Assembly: GCA_963643715.1 (NCBI GenBank)
Contig: CAVILQ010000009.1
Span: 4,520 to 68,519 of the forward strand
From: a bacterium
Lineage (GTDB): Bacteria; Bacillota_I; Bacilli_A; RFN20; CAG-288
Length of the DNA stretch: 64,000 nucleotides
Direction of reading: 5' to 3'
Part shown: positions 1 to 8,900 of the stretch, in pieces
How positions within the stretch are numbered: the first letter of the stretch is position 1
Layout: each line of letters starts with the position of its first letter
Position numbers and translations under genes: made by a program
The notes under the pieces: model-generated
Databases searched by the model: none
Told to the model about the DNA's origin: nothing
The model's input: only the letters and a program-made list of their open reading frames with translations

Positions 1-204
1 AAGGCACTGATCTTCGAACAGTTATTCATACTAGACTGGCCTAAGACATCTACTGGTTTTGTCACTGGAAAGGATGAATCATTTGAAATCCGTTTAAAAT
101 ACGATCATTCCTTCTATCCAGAAGATAAATTCACAGGAACCAACGCATTTCCAAAGTTATTCCCTGTCTTGAAGAATATCTTCACCACACTGTTCGAGGA
201 GTGA
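1..204 (+). CDS. 3' end (67 codons) of an unidentified CDS that enters from upstream of the window
   Basis: Frame 1 is open from the window edge to TGA 202-204; the next ORF starts at 206 (TGACATG arrangement). No recognisable motif. Confidence 0.3.
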   Translation, partial: KALIFEQLFILDWPKTSTGFVTGKDESFEIRLKYDHSFYPEDKFTGTNAFPKLFPVLKNIFTTLFEE

Positions 205-205
205 C

Positions 206-568
206 ATGAAAAAAATCGATCATATCCTCTTTTGGAAAAGAAGACCGGATTCTGTAGAAGCGATTCAATCTATCCGTCTCGATTATCATAAAGGCTGTTT
301 CCTTGATGAGAACGGAAACAAATACGAAAAGAAAGAGAGTGATGAATTGATTCGAACACTCTTTGATGTCTTGAAAATAGAAGAGACTGAGAATGATTTC
401 AAAGCTTTTCTCTTTGAAAATGACAAAGAGAACTATCAGATCAAGTTCTTCCTTGAAATCGCATACGATGATGCTACCTATCTTGCCATAAAAGGAACTC
501 AGCCCTTCCATCAGAAAAACTACAAAGAGATTCAATCTCTGTTCCAACCTTACATAGAGAAAAATTAA
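206..568 (+). CDS. hypothetical protein (120 aa)
   Basis: Clean ORF followed immediately by an intrinsic terminator; non-repetitive composition; no recognisable domain. Confidence 0.4.
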   Translation: MKKIDHILFWKRRPDSVEAIQSIRLDYHKGCFLDENGNKYEKKESDELIRTLFDVLKIEETENDFKAFLFENDKENYQIKFFLEIAYDDATYLAIKGTQPFHQKNYKEIQSLFQPYIEKN

Positions 569-571
569 AGA

Positions 572-600
572 AGCCGATGAAAATCGGCTTTTTAAAAACA
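572..600 (+). terminator. rho-independent terminator (aagccgat-gaaa-atcggcttttt)
   Basis: Perfect 8-bp stem, GAAA tetraloop and T-run directly after the stop at 568. Confidence 0.7.
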
Positions 601-797
601 AAAATAAGAGCATAACCAGAAAGAAAATGGTTATGCTCCATCGAGATCTCAATACTTCCCTACTCTTCTCGTATAGAAAGGGGCTCAACAGCGAATATTC
701 AGCGACGACCAAAGAATGTCATCTCAGCAGCTTCCCGACTATACCATGGCCAATGATATACTTACTTGATGGAAGTTGGTGAATATTTAGGCAGATT

Positions 798-1064
798 TTA
801 GAAACTATATTCTTTGCAAAGTTTCTCAAATCCTAAAACGGCTTTATCCTCATCTTCGCCTTCGCAGACGACAGTAAGAGTAGAACCTTTCTCAATAGGA
901 GATAAAGCAAAAACATTCATAATAGACTTTAAGTCACATTCATCACCGTTTTCAAGTTTCAATGTGACAGAGCATCTATGATGATTCGCTTCTTCAACGA
1001 GTTCAGCGCTGGAACGGGAGGTAAGTCCACCCATGTTAGTTACAATGATTTTAAATGTGGTCAT
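798..1064 (-). CDS. HPr-fold phosphocarrier-like protein lacking catalytic His15 (Crh-like)
   Basis: 88 aa. It aligns along its whole length to HPr (MAQKTFKVTADSGIHARPA...KSIMGVMSLG). GLTSRSS replaces GIHARPA, so His15 is Thr. KSIMNVFALS keeps the Ser46 context. Confidence 0.65.
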   Translation of the reverse strand: MTTFKIIVTNMGGLTSRSSAELVEEANHHRCSVTLKLENGDECDLKSIMNVFALSPIEKGSTLTVVCEGEDEDKAVLGFEKLCKEYSF

Positions 1065-1337
1065 AAATTCTTTCCTTCAATTGTATTATATAGAAAAATG
1101 TAAGCGATTACAACCTCTTTGCCTAAAAGAAATAGATAATCTAAATTATTCTATCACAACAATCGAACAAATGAACACAATTTAAAAGGTAAATGTTATA
1201 AATTCACATAGGATGTTCATAGGAGACTTGGTGAAGCATTACAGAGATTAGGACCTATTTGTTCGCTGTTAAACGCTTTACAATAGCGGACATAACGAAC
1301 AGAAATAACCAACTATCCTTACATGTACAACAAAAAG

Positions 1338-1359
1338 TGACTTTCGAATATGGTATAAT
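1338..1359 (+). promoter_or_regulatory. candidate sigma-A promoter with extended -10 (TGgTATAAT) for trpS
   Basis: tgactt ... tggtataat about 35 nt upstream of the trpS ATG. The spacer is short, so this is only a candidate. Confidence 0.3.
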
Positions 1360-1394
1360 TTGAAATAGTCTGCAAATATCTTTGAGGTAATACT

Positions 1395-2558
1395 ATGGAA
1401 AACGAAAAAACAGAGAATAAACGTATCATGCTGACAGGTGACCGTCCGACTGGAAAACTTCACATCGGTCATTATGTTGGTTCTTTAAGAAGAAGAGTCG
1501 AACTTCAAAACCAAGGTGATTTTGATGAAATGTATGTCATGATTGCTGACACACAGGCTCTTACCGATAACGCTGGCACACCTCAAAAGGTCAGAGACAA
1601 CGTCATTGAAGTTGCTCTCGATTACCTCTCTGCCGGATTGGATCCTACTAAAACCACAATCTTTGTTCAGTCTCATGTTCCGGAATTGTTTGAACTGACC
1701 TGCTACTATTTGGATTTAGTGACATTATCAAGACTGGAAAGAAATCCTACTGTCAAAAACGAACTTGCTATGAGAGAATTCGGTGAATCCATTCCAGCCG
1801 GTTTCCTTTGCTACCCTGTTTCTCAGGCTGCTGATATCACAGCATTCGGAGCAAACATCGTTCCTGTCGGTGAAGATCAAGCCCCGATGATTGAACAGAC
1901 AAATGAAATCGTTCACAAATTCAATTCACTATATGGAGACACATTGACTCCTTGTAAGATCATGCTTCCTGAGAATGATGCCTGCAAAAGACTTCCTGGC
2001 ATCGATGGAAAAGCTAAGATGTCCAAATCATTAGGCAACTGTATCTATCTAAGCGATGATAGCAGAACCGTCTCAAAGAAAGTTATGACCATGTTCACAG
2101 ATCCGACTCACTTAAAGATTGAGGATCCTGGACATACGGAGAACAATCCTGTCTTCATCTATCTATCTGCATTTGTAGAAGATAGACACTTTGCAAAATA
2201 CCTCCCTGAATATCATAACTTCGACGAACTCAAGGCCCATTATGAAAGAGGAGGTTTAGGCGATGTCACTGTCAAACGCTTCCTTGCAAATGTCTTAAAT
2301 GACATTCTTGAACCGATCAGACTGAGAAGAAAAGAATTGGAAAGCGATATTCCTAGTGTTTACAAAATTCTTGCCGAAGGAAGTGAAAAGGCTGAGAGGA
2401 AGGCACATGAGACTGTCGTTAAGGTAAGACGCGCATTAGGTGTAAACTATTTTGAAAACAGAAAGCTTATTGAAAAGCAATCTAAAGCATTTAAAAAGAA
2501 ATTGGAAGACGAGAAAAAATTAGAGGAATATCTGAACAAGAACAAGAAATCCGCTTGA
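1395..2558 (+). CDS. trpS: tryptophan--tRNA ligase
   Basis: Class I aaRS signatures: TGKLHIGH (HIGH) and KMSKS are present. Size 387 aa with a Lys-rich C-terminal extension. Confidence 0.9.
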   Translation: MENEKTENKRIMLTGDRPTGKLHIGHYVGSLRRRVELQNQGDFDEMYVMIADTQALTDNAGTPQKVRDNVIEVALDYLSAGLDPTKTTIFVQSHVPELFELTCYYLDLVTLSRLERNPTVKNELAMREFGESIPAGFLCYPVSQAADITAFGANIVPVGEDQAPMIEQTNEIVHKFNSLYGDTLTPCKIMLPENDACKRLPGIDGKAKMSKSLGNCIYLSDDSRTVSKKVMTMFTDPTHLKIEDPGHTENNPVFIYLSAFVEDRHFAKYLPEYHNFDELKAHYERGGLGDVTVKRFLANVLNDILEPIRLRRKELESDIPSVYKILAEGSEKAERKAHETVVKVRRALGVNYFENRKLIEKQSKAFKKKLEDEKKLEEYLNKNKKSA

Positions 2559-2735
2559 TTCTAAAAAAATACTTTACATCAGTTTCTTCAACCCTTATCA
2601 TATACCGCAGGGTTAAAATCATGAACAGAACAAGAAACAGACGTACTTCTATCGCCTGCAGAACCAAATCAAAAGAGATGTTTTCCCTTTCCTGCTTCTG
2701 TTTATTGGTTTCCAATCCATAGTATCGTGTTTTCG

Positions 2736-2768
2736 AGGCTTAGGCATTCCACCTAAGCCTCTTTTTTT
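2736..2768 (+). terminator. intrinsic terminator (aggcttagg-cattccac-ctaagcct-TTTTTTT) inside the trpS-permease intergenic leader
   Basis: 8-9 bp GC-containing stem plus a 7-T run, 27 nt upstream of the permease start and 180 nt downstream of the trpS stop. Confidence 0.6.
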
Positions 2769-2794
2769 GAGAAAAACACGGAAAGGAGCACCAA

Positions 2795-4348
2795 ATGCAC
2801 GAGAACGGGATGTTACTAGAAGTGAATGAGTCGCCGAAGAAGATCAGTTCCTGGATTATCTTAGCTGTTCAACATGTCCTTGCTATGTTTGTCGCCTGTA
2901 TTACAGTTCCTCTCATCGTCTTCAGCGGTTATATCAATGTCTCCGGTGCCTCTTTAGCACAGACAATGATTGCACCGACAATTGTCTCTGCCGGTATTGG
3001 AACATTGATTTACATTATTCTTACGAAAATGAAGTCTCCGATGTTCTTAGCTTCTTCTTTTGCCTATATCTCACCGATGTCTGCTGCAGTCGCATTAGGA
3101 AGCCAGGAAGTCTATGATGCTGCCGGAAACTACTTAGGACAGACAGCCAACATGTGGGCTCTTCCTATCGGTATGGCATTCGTCGGACTTATCTATGTCC
3201 TTGTCGCTGTCATCATCAAGTTCGCCGGTGTCAAATGGTTGAACAAGCTCCTTCCTACTATCGTTGTCGGACCTGTCATCATGGTCATCGGATTAGGATT
3301 ATCTGCTTCTGCAATCTCAAATCTTACCCAGGCAAGCGGAAGCGGTCAGAGTTATAACCTCGTCGCCTTATCCTGTGGCCTTATCGCTATGATAGTCACT
3401 GCTATCTGTGCATTCTATGGAAAGAAGACCATTTCCTTAATTCCGTTCATGATCGGTATGGGTGCCGGATATGTTGCCGCATGTCTATTCACGTTAATCG
3501 GATACTATGGTTGCAAGAGTGATTACTTCCACATCATTGACTTCGATCCTATCATCAACTTATTCACAACAGTCAACAGCGAAGGAAACAGAGTCGCAAA
3601 TATCACAATCCGTTCCTTCCTCGACATCCCTGAATTCCTCTTCCTTCCCAACAACTGGAATTATGCAGCATCTACAAGTTTCTTCGACAAAGCCGGTAAC
3701 GCACTCACTTTGACAAATCCATTCAGTGCCTCTCAGATCGGTACGATCGCCTTATTATTCATCCCTGTCTCCTTCGTCACTATCTGTGAGCATATCGGTG
3801 ATCATAAGAATATGTCCGGACTTCTTCAGAGAGACTTGCTTACAGAACCTGGTCTTACTAGCACATTGATGGGTGATGGAATTGCAACTGCCGCCTCTGG
3901 CATCTTATGCGGTGCCGCTAATACTACATATGGTGAAAACGTTGCCGTCGTCGGTGTTACGAAGATTGCCTCTGTCAAAGTCATCATATTAGCCTGCTTC
4001 TTCTCTATCGTTTTAGGATTCTTCTCTCCTCTTATGGGACTCACTCAGACCATTCCTACCTGTGTCACAGGTGGTGTCTCTCTACTCTTATACGGATTCA
4101 TCGCTTCCTCTGGTGTTAAAATGATGATCAACGAGCACATCGATATGTCCAACACCAAGAATATCTTCGTCGCTTCTTCAATCTTAGTCAGCGGTATCGG
4201 TGGACTTTCACTTGTATTCGGAAATCTTAGCGCTCCCGTTGTCACAATCACATCCACAGCTGTTGCCATGATTCTTGGTATCATCATGAACCTCATCCTC
4301 AAAGACAAGAAGACAAAGACTGACGCTGAGACAGAAAAGACCGAATAA
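2795..4348 (+). CDS. nucleobase:cation symporter-2 (NCS2) family permease (uracil/xanthine-type)
   Basis: About 12-14 TM helices; N-terminal pattern ILAVQHVLAMFVACITVPLIV is typical of UraA/PbuX-type permeases; 517 aa. Confidence 0.75.
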   Translation: MHENGMLLEVNESPKKISSWIILAVQHVLAMFVACITVPLIVFSGYINVSGASLAQTMIAPTIVSAGIGTLIYIILTKMKSPMFLASSFAYISPMSAAVALGSQEVYDAAGNYLGQTANMWALPIGMAFVGLIYVLVAVIIKFAGVKWLNKLLPTIVVGPVIMVIGLGLSASAISNLTQASGSGQSYNLVALSCGLIAMIVTAICAFYGKKTISLIPFMIGMGAGYVAACLFTLIGYYGCKSDYFHIIDFDPIINLFTTVNSEGNRVANITIRSFLDIPEFLFLPNNWNYAASTSFFDKAGNALTLTNPFSASQIGTIALLFIPVSFVTICEHIGDHKNMSGLLQRDLLTEPGLTSTLMGDGIATAASGILCGAANTTYGENVAVVGVTKIASVKVIILACFFSIVLGFFSPLMGLTQTIPTCVTGGVSLLLYGFIASSGVKMMINEHIDMSNTKNIFVASSILVSGIGGLSLVFGNLSAPVVTITSTAVAMILGIIMNLILKDKKTKTDAETEKTE

Positions 4349-4378
4349 TTTTTCTCGTAATAAATCATAACCATGATA

Positions 4379-4415
4379 AAAGCCACTTTGGTAACAATTC
4401 CGAAGTGGCTTTTCT
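4379..4415. terminator. bidirectional intrinsic terminator between the convergent permease and ATPase genes
   Basis: gccactt-(14 nt loop)-aagtggc followed by ttttct, with an A-run on the other side. Confidence 0.55.
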
Positions 4416-4440
4416 AATGTATTCAATAGCAATCTTTTCC

Positions 4441-5832
4441 TTATTTTTTGATTTTCCCTAAAACGATATCATCTGCCAAAAGGAAAGTCATATAAAGAGG
4501 AACTGTCAAAATATCATTTTCTTCATTGTAGCCGAGTTGATTCGAAGAAATCTTGATTGCTGTTGTTCTCTTATTATGTTCACGAAAATCCTTCAATGAA
4601 TTCAGGAATCTTTTGCCTTTCTTAACATCAATCGGGCAAATATCTCCATTGATATCAACAATGAATTCAAACTCATGCTGTTGTTTTCCTGTCCAATAAT
4701 AAAGTGGTATTCCTTTTGACACGAACTCATCAGCGACATACGATTCATAAAAGACACCAGAAAGCTCGTTTCTGCTATCTTTTGAAAGAAATGACGACTG
4801 AAGTATATTGCTCTCCTTTGCAAACAGTCCACAATCAGAAAGATACAATCGAAACAGTCCGCTTTCGTCTTCCATTAAAGGCGAAGTGACCTTGCCTTCC
4901 TTTCGTTTGCTTCGATATATGACATGGGCCAAATCCAACCATTCATATGCCCCAAAATAATCTCGGTTTGATTTTCCTCTTTCTATAGAGGCTATTTTGA
5001 AATTCTTATTTTCCTTATTCAGTTGAGCAAATATGTTCTTATAGATATTTCTTGTTTTTAGAATCATCTCATCTGAGATGTTATATAGACTCATATCAGC
5101 AATATAGTTCTCATACAATTCATTCAGAATCTCTTTTGCTTCCACATAGGAATGATTTTTCAAAAAGGAATCTACAACTTCAGGAAGTCCTCCGATGCAA
5201 AGGAATTCATGAAGCAGATCAAGAGCTAAATCATGCTCATACTTCTCTAATGGTTTATTTCTATCGTAATAGGCTTCTTTGATTCTAGTAAGCAATGGTT
5301 TATTCACGTTGAGAAGATATTCCTCAAATCCCATTGGATACATCGATAATGAATTTATCTTTCCAACTGGAAACATTACATTATCCCCACCATTCCTACA
5401 AGCACGCTGTAAAGCGAGTCGAACCATAGATCCTGTAATAATGACTGGTAATTCAGGATGGTCCTGATTGAAATACTTCAAAGACGTTAGAACATTAGGA
5501 ACCGTTTGTGCTTCATCAATGATAAGTGGGCATTCTTCAGAAATGACTTTCCCATAATTGCTCTCAATAAAACGAAGATATTTTTCATCATCTACAGTCT
5601 CGCTAAAATACTCGGCTGCTCTTTGATCCTTTTTCAAATCAATGTAAACATAATCCTTTGTAAAGTTCTTAGCAAACATCTCTTTGACAAGATATGTCTT
5701 CCCGGTTTGACGAGCTCCCCATATAACAAGAGGTTTTCGTCTATCTTTTTTCTGATACCATGCTAGTATTTTACTCAAATATATACGTTCCATAAACCAT
5801 GCCTCTCTATATGAATTATAATTGAAATTCAT
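4441..5832 (-). CDS. AAA+ superfamily ATPase (COG1373-like, Walker A GARQTGKT with DUF4143-type C-terminal half)
   Basis: GARQTGKT Walker A and IIDEAQ Walker B-like motifs; 463 aa. Confidence 0.7.
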   Translation of the reverse strand: MNFNYNSYREAWFMERIYLSKILAWYQKKDRRKPLVIWGARQTGKTYLVKEMFAKNFTKDYVYIDLKKDQRAAEYFSETVDDEKYLRFIESNYGKVISEECPLIIDEAQTVPNVLTSLKYFNQDHPELPVIITGSMVRLALQRACRNGGDNVMFPVGKINSLSMYPMGFEEYLLNVNKPLLTRIKEAYYDRNKPLEKYEHDLALDLLHEFLCIGGLPEVVDSFLKNHSYVEAKEILNELYENYIADMSLYNISDEMILKTRNIYKNIFAQLNKENKNFKIASIERGKSNRDYFGAYEWLDLAHVIYRSKRKEGKVTSPLMEDESGLFRLYLSDCGLFAKESNILQSSFLSKDSRNELSGVFYESYVADEFVSKGIPLYYWTGKQQHEFEFIVDINGDICPIDVKKGKRFLNSLKDFREHNKRTTAIKISSNQLGYNEENDILTVPLYMTFLLADDIVLGKIKK

Positions 5833-5889
5833 CCAAATACAAGTTTTTCATGTTTTTAGAAGTATCCAAATACAAGTTTTTCATGTTTT
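5831..5889. repeat. 33-bp tandem direct duplication (atccaaatacaagtttttcatgtttt x2)
   Basis: An identical 26-mer occurs at 5831-5856 and 5864-5889. It overlaps the first codon of the ATPase gene and its upstream region. Confidence 0.8.
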
Positions 5890-6068
5890 ACGATGTTTTT
5901 TGCTCCACTGAATATAAAAAGGATGAGGAAGTCTTTCTCAGGCGCTCCTCATCCAAACGATCTTTTGACTTTATACGAGAGTTGTCAACAATTATGTGTA
6001 ACGACTAATGCTGTCAATGACTTCATTCTCATCTTCTCTTCCTTCTTGACCGACATGTCGGTCAAGAA

Positions 6069-6503
6069 CTACGCCGCCAGGGCGAATCCCATCCAGGTCC
6101 TCTCGTCCTCGGTCATTTCGCCGTAGTTTCGTATCCTTCTCTGCTTCCTCTCGTACTTCACGATGGTTCCTGCCATCGTGATGATTCCGTTCGCCTCGGA
6201 ATTGATAAGTCTTCTCTTCCTCGTGTCCGTCTTTATCATCGAGTTGAAGCTCTCGATCTGATTCGACGTGTACAGAGACGTCCTAAGGCATCTCGGAAAT
6301 CCGAGGTATGTGTCAAGGCCGTCCGTCTCCAGGAGCAGGCGCATCCTTCGCGGATACGATTTTTGCCATCTGCTGACGAATTCGGCAAGCCTTCCCTGGA
6401 ACGCCTCCTGAATCCTTTCTCTGACAACCTCATTGAACTCACAGACGATTTCTTTGTGGATTTCCTCTGGGTCGGAATCCAGATAATGTGCTAAAATGTT
6501 CAT
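6069..6503 (-). pseudogene. IS256-family (Mutator-type) transposase, C-terminal fragment only
   Basis: YTSNQIESFNSMIKTDTRKRR matches the IS256 C-terminal YTTN.IES.N signature. Only about 144 aa are present, against about 400 aa for an intact IS256-family transposase. GC is clearly higher than in the flanking DNA. Confidence 0.65.
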
Positions 6504-6557
6504 GGCGCAATCCTTTCGTGTTTAAGTGATCATTAACATTATAAAGGGTCGCGCCTT

Positions 6558-6591
6558 TTCTGTGTCTGAATTCCGGAATTCAGACACAGAA
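6558..6591. repeat. perfect 34-bp palindrome ttctgtgtctgaattcc|ggaattcagacacagaa
   Basis: Read directly; centred on GAATTCCGGAATTC, about 55 bp from the transposase-fragment start. Confidence 0.9.
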
Positions 6592-6763
6592 GCCATTACA
6601 CATAAATTAGTCTACTCTCTATTTGTTGCCTTTCTTTCCTTATAATCACACTTTTTTTCAAACACATCCGGTTCTAACGTCGGTTAAAAAACATTACGCA
6701 ATTAAAATGGCACCTATATTACGAATCATAGGTGCCATCAAACTTAAGAGTTTAATCTTTACT

Positions 6764-8767
6764 TTACGCTTTTACTAACTCACGTTGTTTCAGATAATCA
6801 ATGATCATCTGAGCTGATTTTTCTTTTCCGATAGATGAATCGATGCAAAGATCATAATGATGCTGATCGTTCCAGGATAAAGATGTGATGCTCTGGTAGT
6901 AATTTGATCTAGCTTTATCAGACTGTTTCATCATCTTCTTTGCTTCTTCGTAGCTGTCATTATACATTTCCATGATATTTTTGATCTTAACCTCTTCAGA
7001 TGCATAGATAAAGATAGAAACGACGTTTGGATTATCTCTTAAGACATAATCAGCTGCCCTACCGACAATGACACAGCTTCCTTGTTTTGCAATAGAGAGC
7101 AAAACCTCTTTTTGTGCTTCAATCGACTGTGCCTCTGGGCTCTTGCTTAAATAAAGATTTGAAGGAACACCCTGTTTCAAAGCGTTAGTATTAGAAAGGA
7201 ACTTCTCCGTCAATCCGCTCTTTTCCGCAGCTAATGAGAGCAATTCCTTAGAATAGAACGGAATATTCAATGTCTTTGCTACAATCTCACCAATACCTTT
7301 TCCCTGTGATCCATGCTCACGGGAAATAGTCAGAATAACACCAGGATGAGATTCCTGTATCTCAACCGTCTCAACTGGAGTGATATCCTCTTTTCCTAAT
7401 TCCTTAAATAGGATAAAGGTGAAAGTCAAAGCAATCAAGAAAGCTAAAACGTCCGCAATCATCGGAGCATAAAGAAGAGCAACAATACCAGAACCAGTCT
7501 CATTCTTTTCACTGATCAAAGGAAGAATCATGACAGCAGGGACAAAAAACAGGATATCACGTGCCAGAGAGGCAATCGTTGCTTTGATTGCTTTTCCACA
7601 GGCTTGGAAGAAGATAGAGGACATCTTAATAAAACATGTCAACATCGTAGTCGCCAAGAAAAGACGGAAGACAAGTCTTCCATATTCCATATATAGAGCG
7701 TCATCTTTCGCACCGAATATAGCAATAATTCCATCTGGCCAGATTTCGAATAAAAGTGTAGCAATAAAGGAGAGACCGATTGTCCACATAAGAATGAGGA
7801 AATAAAGATGGCGTACTCTCTTTATCTTTCCGGCTCCGATATTGTATCCGATGATAGGGAGGCCACCTAAGACAATACCGACAACGATATTAAGAACGAC
7901 AGTAAATACCTTTGTCTCAATCGATGTGATTGCGATCGGAATATCCTGACCAAATTTGGATTGGTTACCATATTTCACTAGCATTGTATTGCCGACAAGG
8001 TTGACAACAACAATAGAAATCTGAGTGATGAAAGAAGAGACACCTAACATAAATGGCTCTTTAAATCCAATGATATCTGGAATAAACGACTTCAAATTGA
8101 GTCGGAAGGTTTTTGAACGGAAGAAGTAAGCTGCACCAACTAAGAAAGAAACGACCTGACCAATGACAGTGGCCCAGGCAGCCCCTTCAATTCCCCAATC
8201 ACAGACATAGATAAAGATAGGATCCAATATGATATTCAGAATAGCACCTACTCCAGTAGAAAGCATTGCATATAGTGGAGAACCATCACTTCGAATGACT
8301 CCATTCATCATATTCTGGAGCATGTAGAACGGAAAGAAGAAGGCAACGATTCTCAAGTAGGATTTGGCAAGAGACAAGGAATTGTCACTCGCTCCACAGA
8401 ACCTTAGAATCGGTTCAGCAAAGACAAGGCTGAACAGGATGATAAGGAAAGAGGAAAGAAGGGTAAGCACTATACCTGTACCGATTGCCTTGTTCGCTTT
8501 CTCCTGTTCTTTTCTTCCTTGACAGATACTTAAGAAGGCAGCACATCCATCACCAAAGCACCAAGCAAAAGCCTGTGTGACAACAAGAATAGGAAAGACA
8601 GCGCCTGTTGCCGCATTTCCTAAATATCCTAAGGATGAGTTCCCGACAAAGATCTGATCTACGATATTGTATAAAGAAGAAATCAGCAAGGATGCAACAC
8701 AGGGAATTGAAAACTTCAATAGGAGTTTTCCAATCTTCTCTGTTCCTAAATATTTGTTTTCGTCCAT
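6764..8767 (-). CDS. MATE-family efflux transporter fused in-frame to a C-terminal cytidylate-kinase-like (NMP-kinase fold) domain
   Basis: N-terminal 12-TM MATE region (KLLLKFSIPCVASLL...), then a P-loop-like EHGSQGKGIGEIVAKTLNIPFY cytidylate_kin2-type domain. The start was chosen at MDENKY, which has a GGAGGAG ribosome-binding site; the ORF track extends 34 codons further upstream. Confidence 0.6.
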   Translation of the reverse strand: MDENKYLGTEKIGKLLLKFSIPCVASLLISSLYNIVDQIFVGNSSLGYLGNAATGAVFPILVVTQAFAWCFGDGCAAFLSICQGRKEQEKANKAIGTGIVLTLLSSFLIILFSLVFAEPILRFCGASDNSLSLAKSYLRIVAFFFPFYMLQNMMNGVIRSDGSPLYAMLSTGVGAILNIILDPIFIYVCDWGIEGAAWATVIGQVVSFLVGAAYFFRSKTFRLNLKSFIPDIIGFKEPFMLGVSSFITQISIVVVNLVGNTMLVKYGNQSKFGQDIPIAITSIETKVFTVVLNIVVGIVLGGLPIIGYNIGAGKIKRVRHLYFLILMWTIGLSFIATLLFEIWPDGIIAIFGAKDDALYMEYGRLVFRLFLATTMLTCFIKMSSIFFQACGKAIKATIASLARDILFFVPAVMILPLISEKNETGSGIVALLYAPMIADVLAFLIALTFTFILFKELGKEDITPVETVEIQESHPGVILTISREHGSQGKGIGEIVAKTLNIPFYSKELLSLAAEKSGLTEKFLSNTNALKQGVPSNLYLSKSPEAQSIEAQKEVLLSIAKQGSCVIVGRAADYVLRDNPNVVSIFIYASEEVKIKNIMEMYNDSYEEAKKMMKQSDKARSNYYQSITSLSWNDQHHYDLCIDSSIGKEKSAQMIIDYLKQRELVKA

Positions 8768-8900
8768 AACAGTTCTCCTCCAACAGGCAATAAAAAAGGC
8801 ATCTTTTCTGATGACATAAGTATCATACCAAAGAGATGCCTGATTAAAAAGATTTCGTATCGAAATCAAGAGATAACTATATAAGATATATCATCTAATC

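Noticed and set aside
182-712. 176-aa minus-strand ORF overlapping the 206-568 plus-strand gene and two terminators
   Set aside because: The translation is low-complexity (L/F/S-rich), it is antisense to a cleaner ORF and it spans intrinsic terminators. It is most likely an AT-rich artefact.
1080-1394. Possible T-box leader upstream of trpS
   Set aside because: No T-box consensus (AATTAGGGTGGTACCGCG) and no specifier or antiterminator structure were found. The promoter-to-ATG distance is about 40 nt.
2559-2794. Canonical purine (guanine/adenine) riboswitch upstream of the NCS2 permease
   Set aside because: The conserved GGAUAUGG, AGUUUCUACC and CCGUAAAU blocks are absent. Only a generic terminator-leader call is retained, as a finding.
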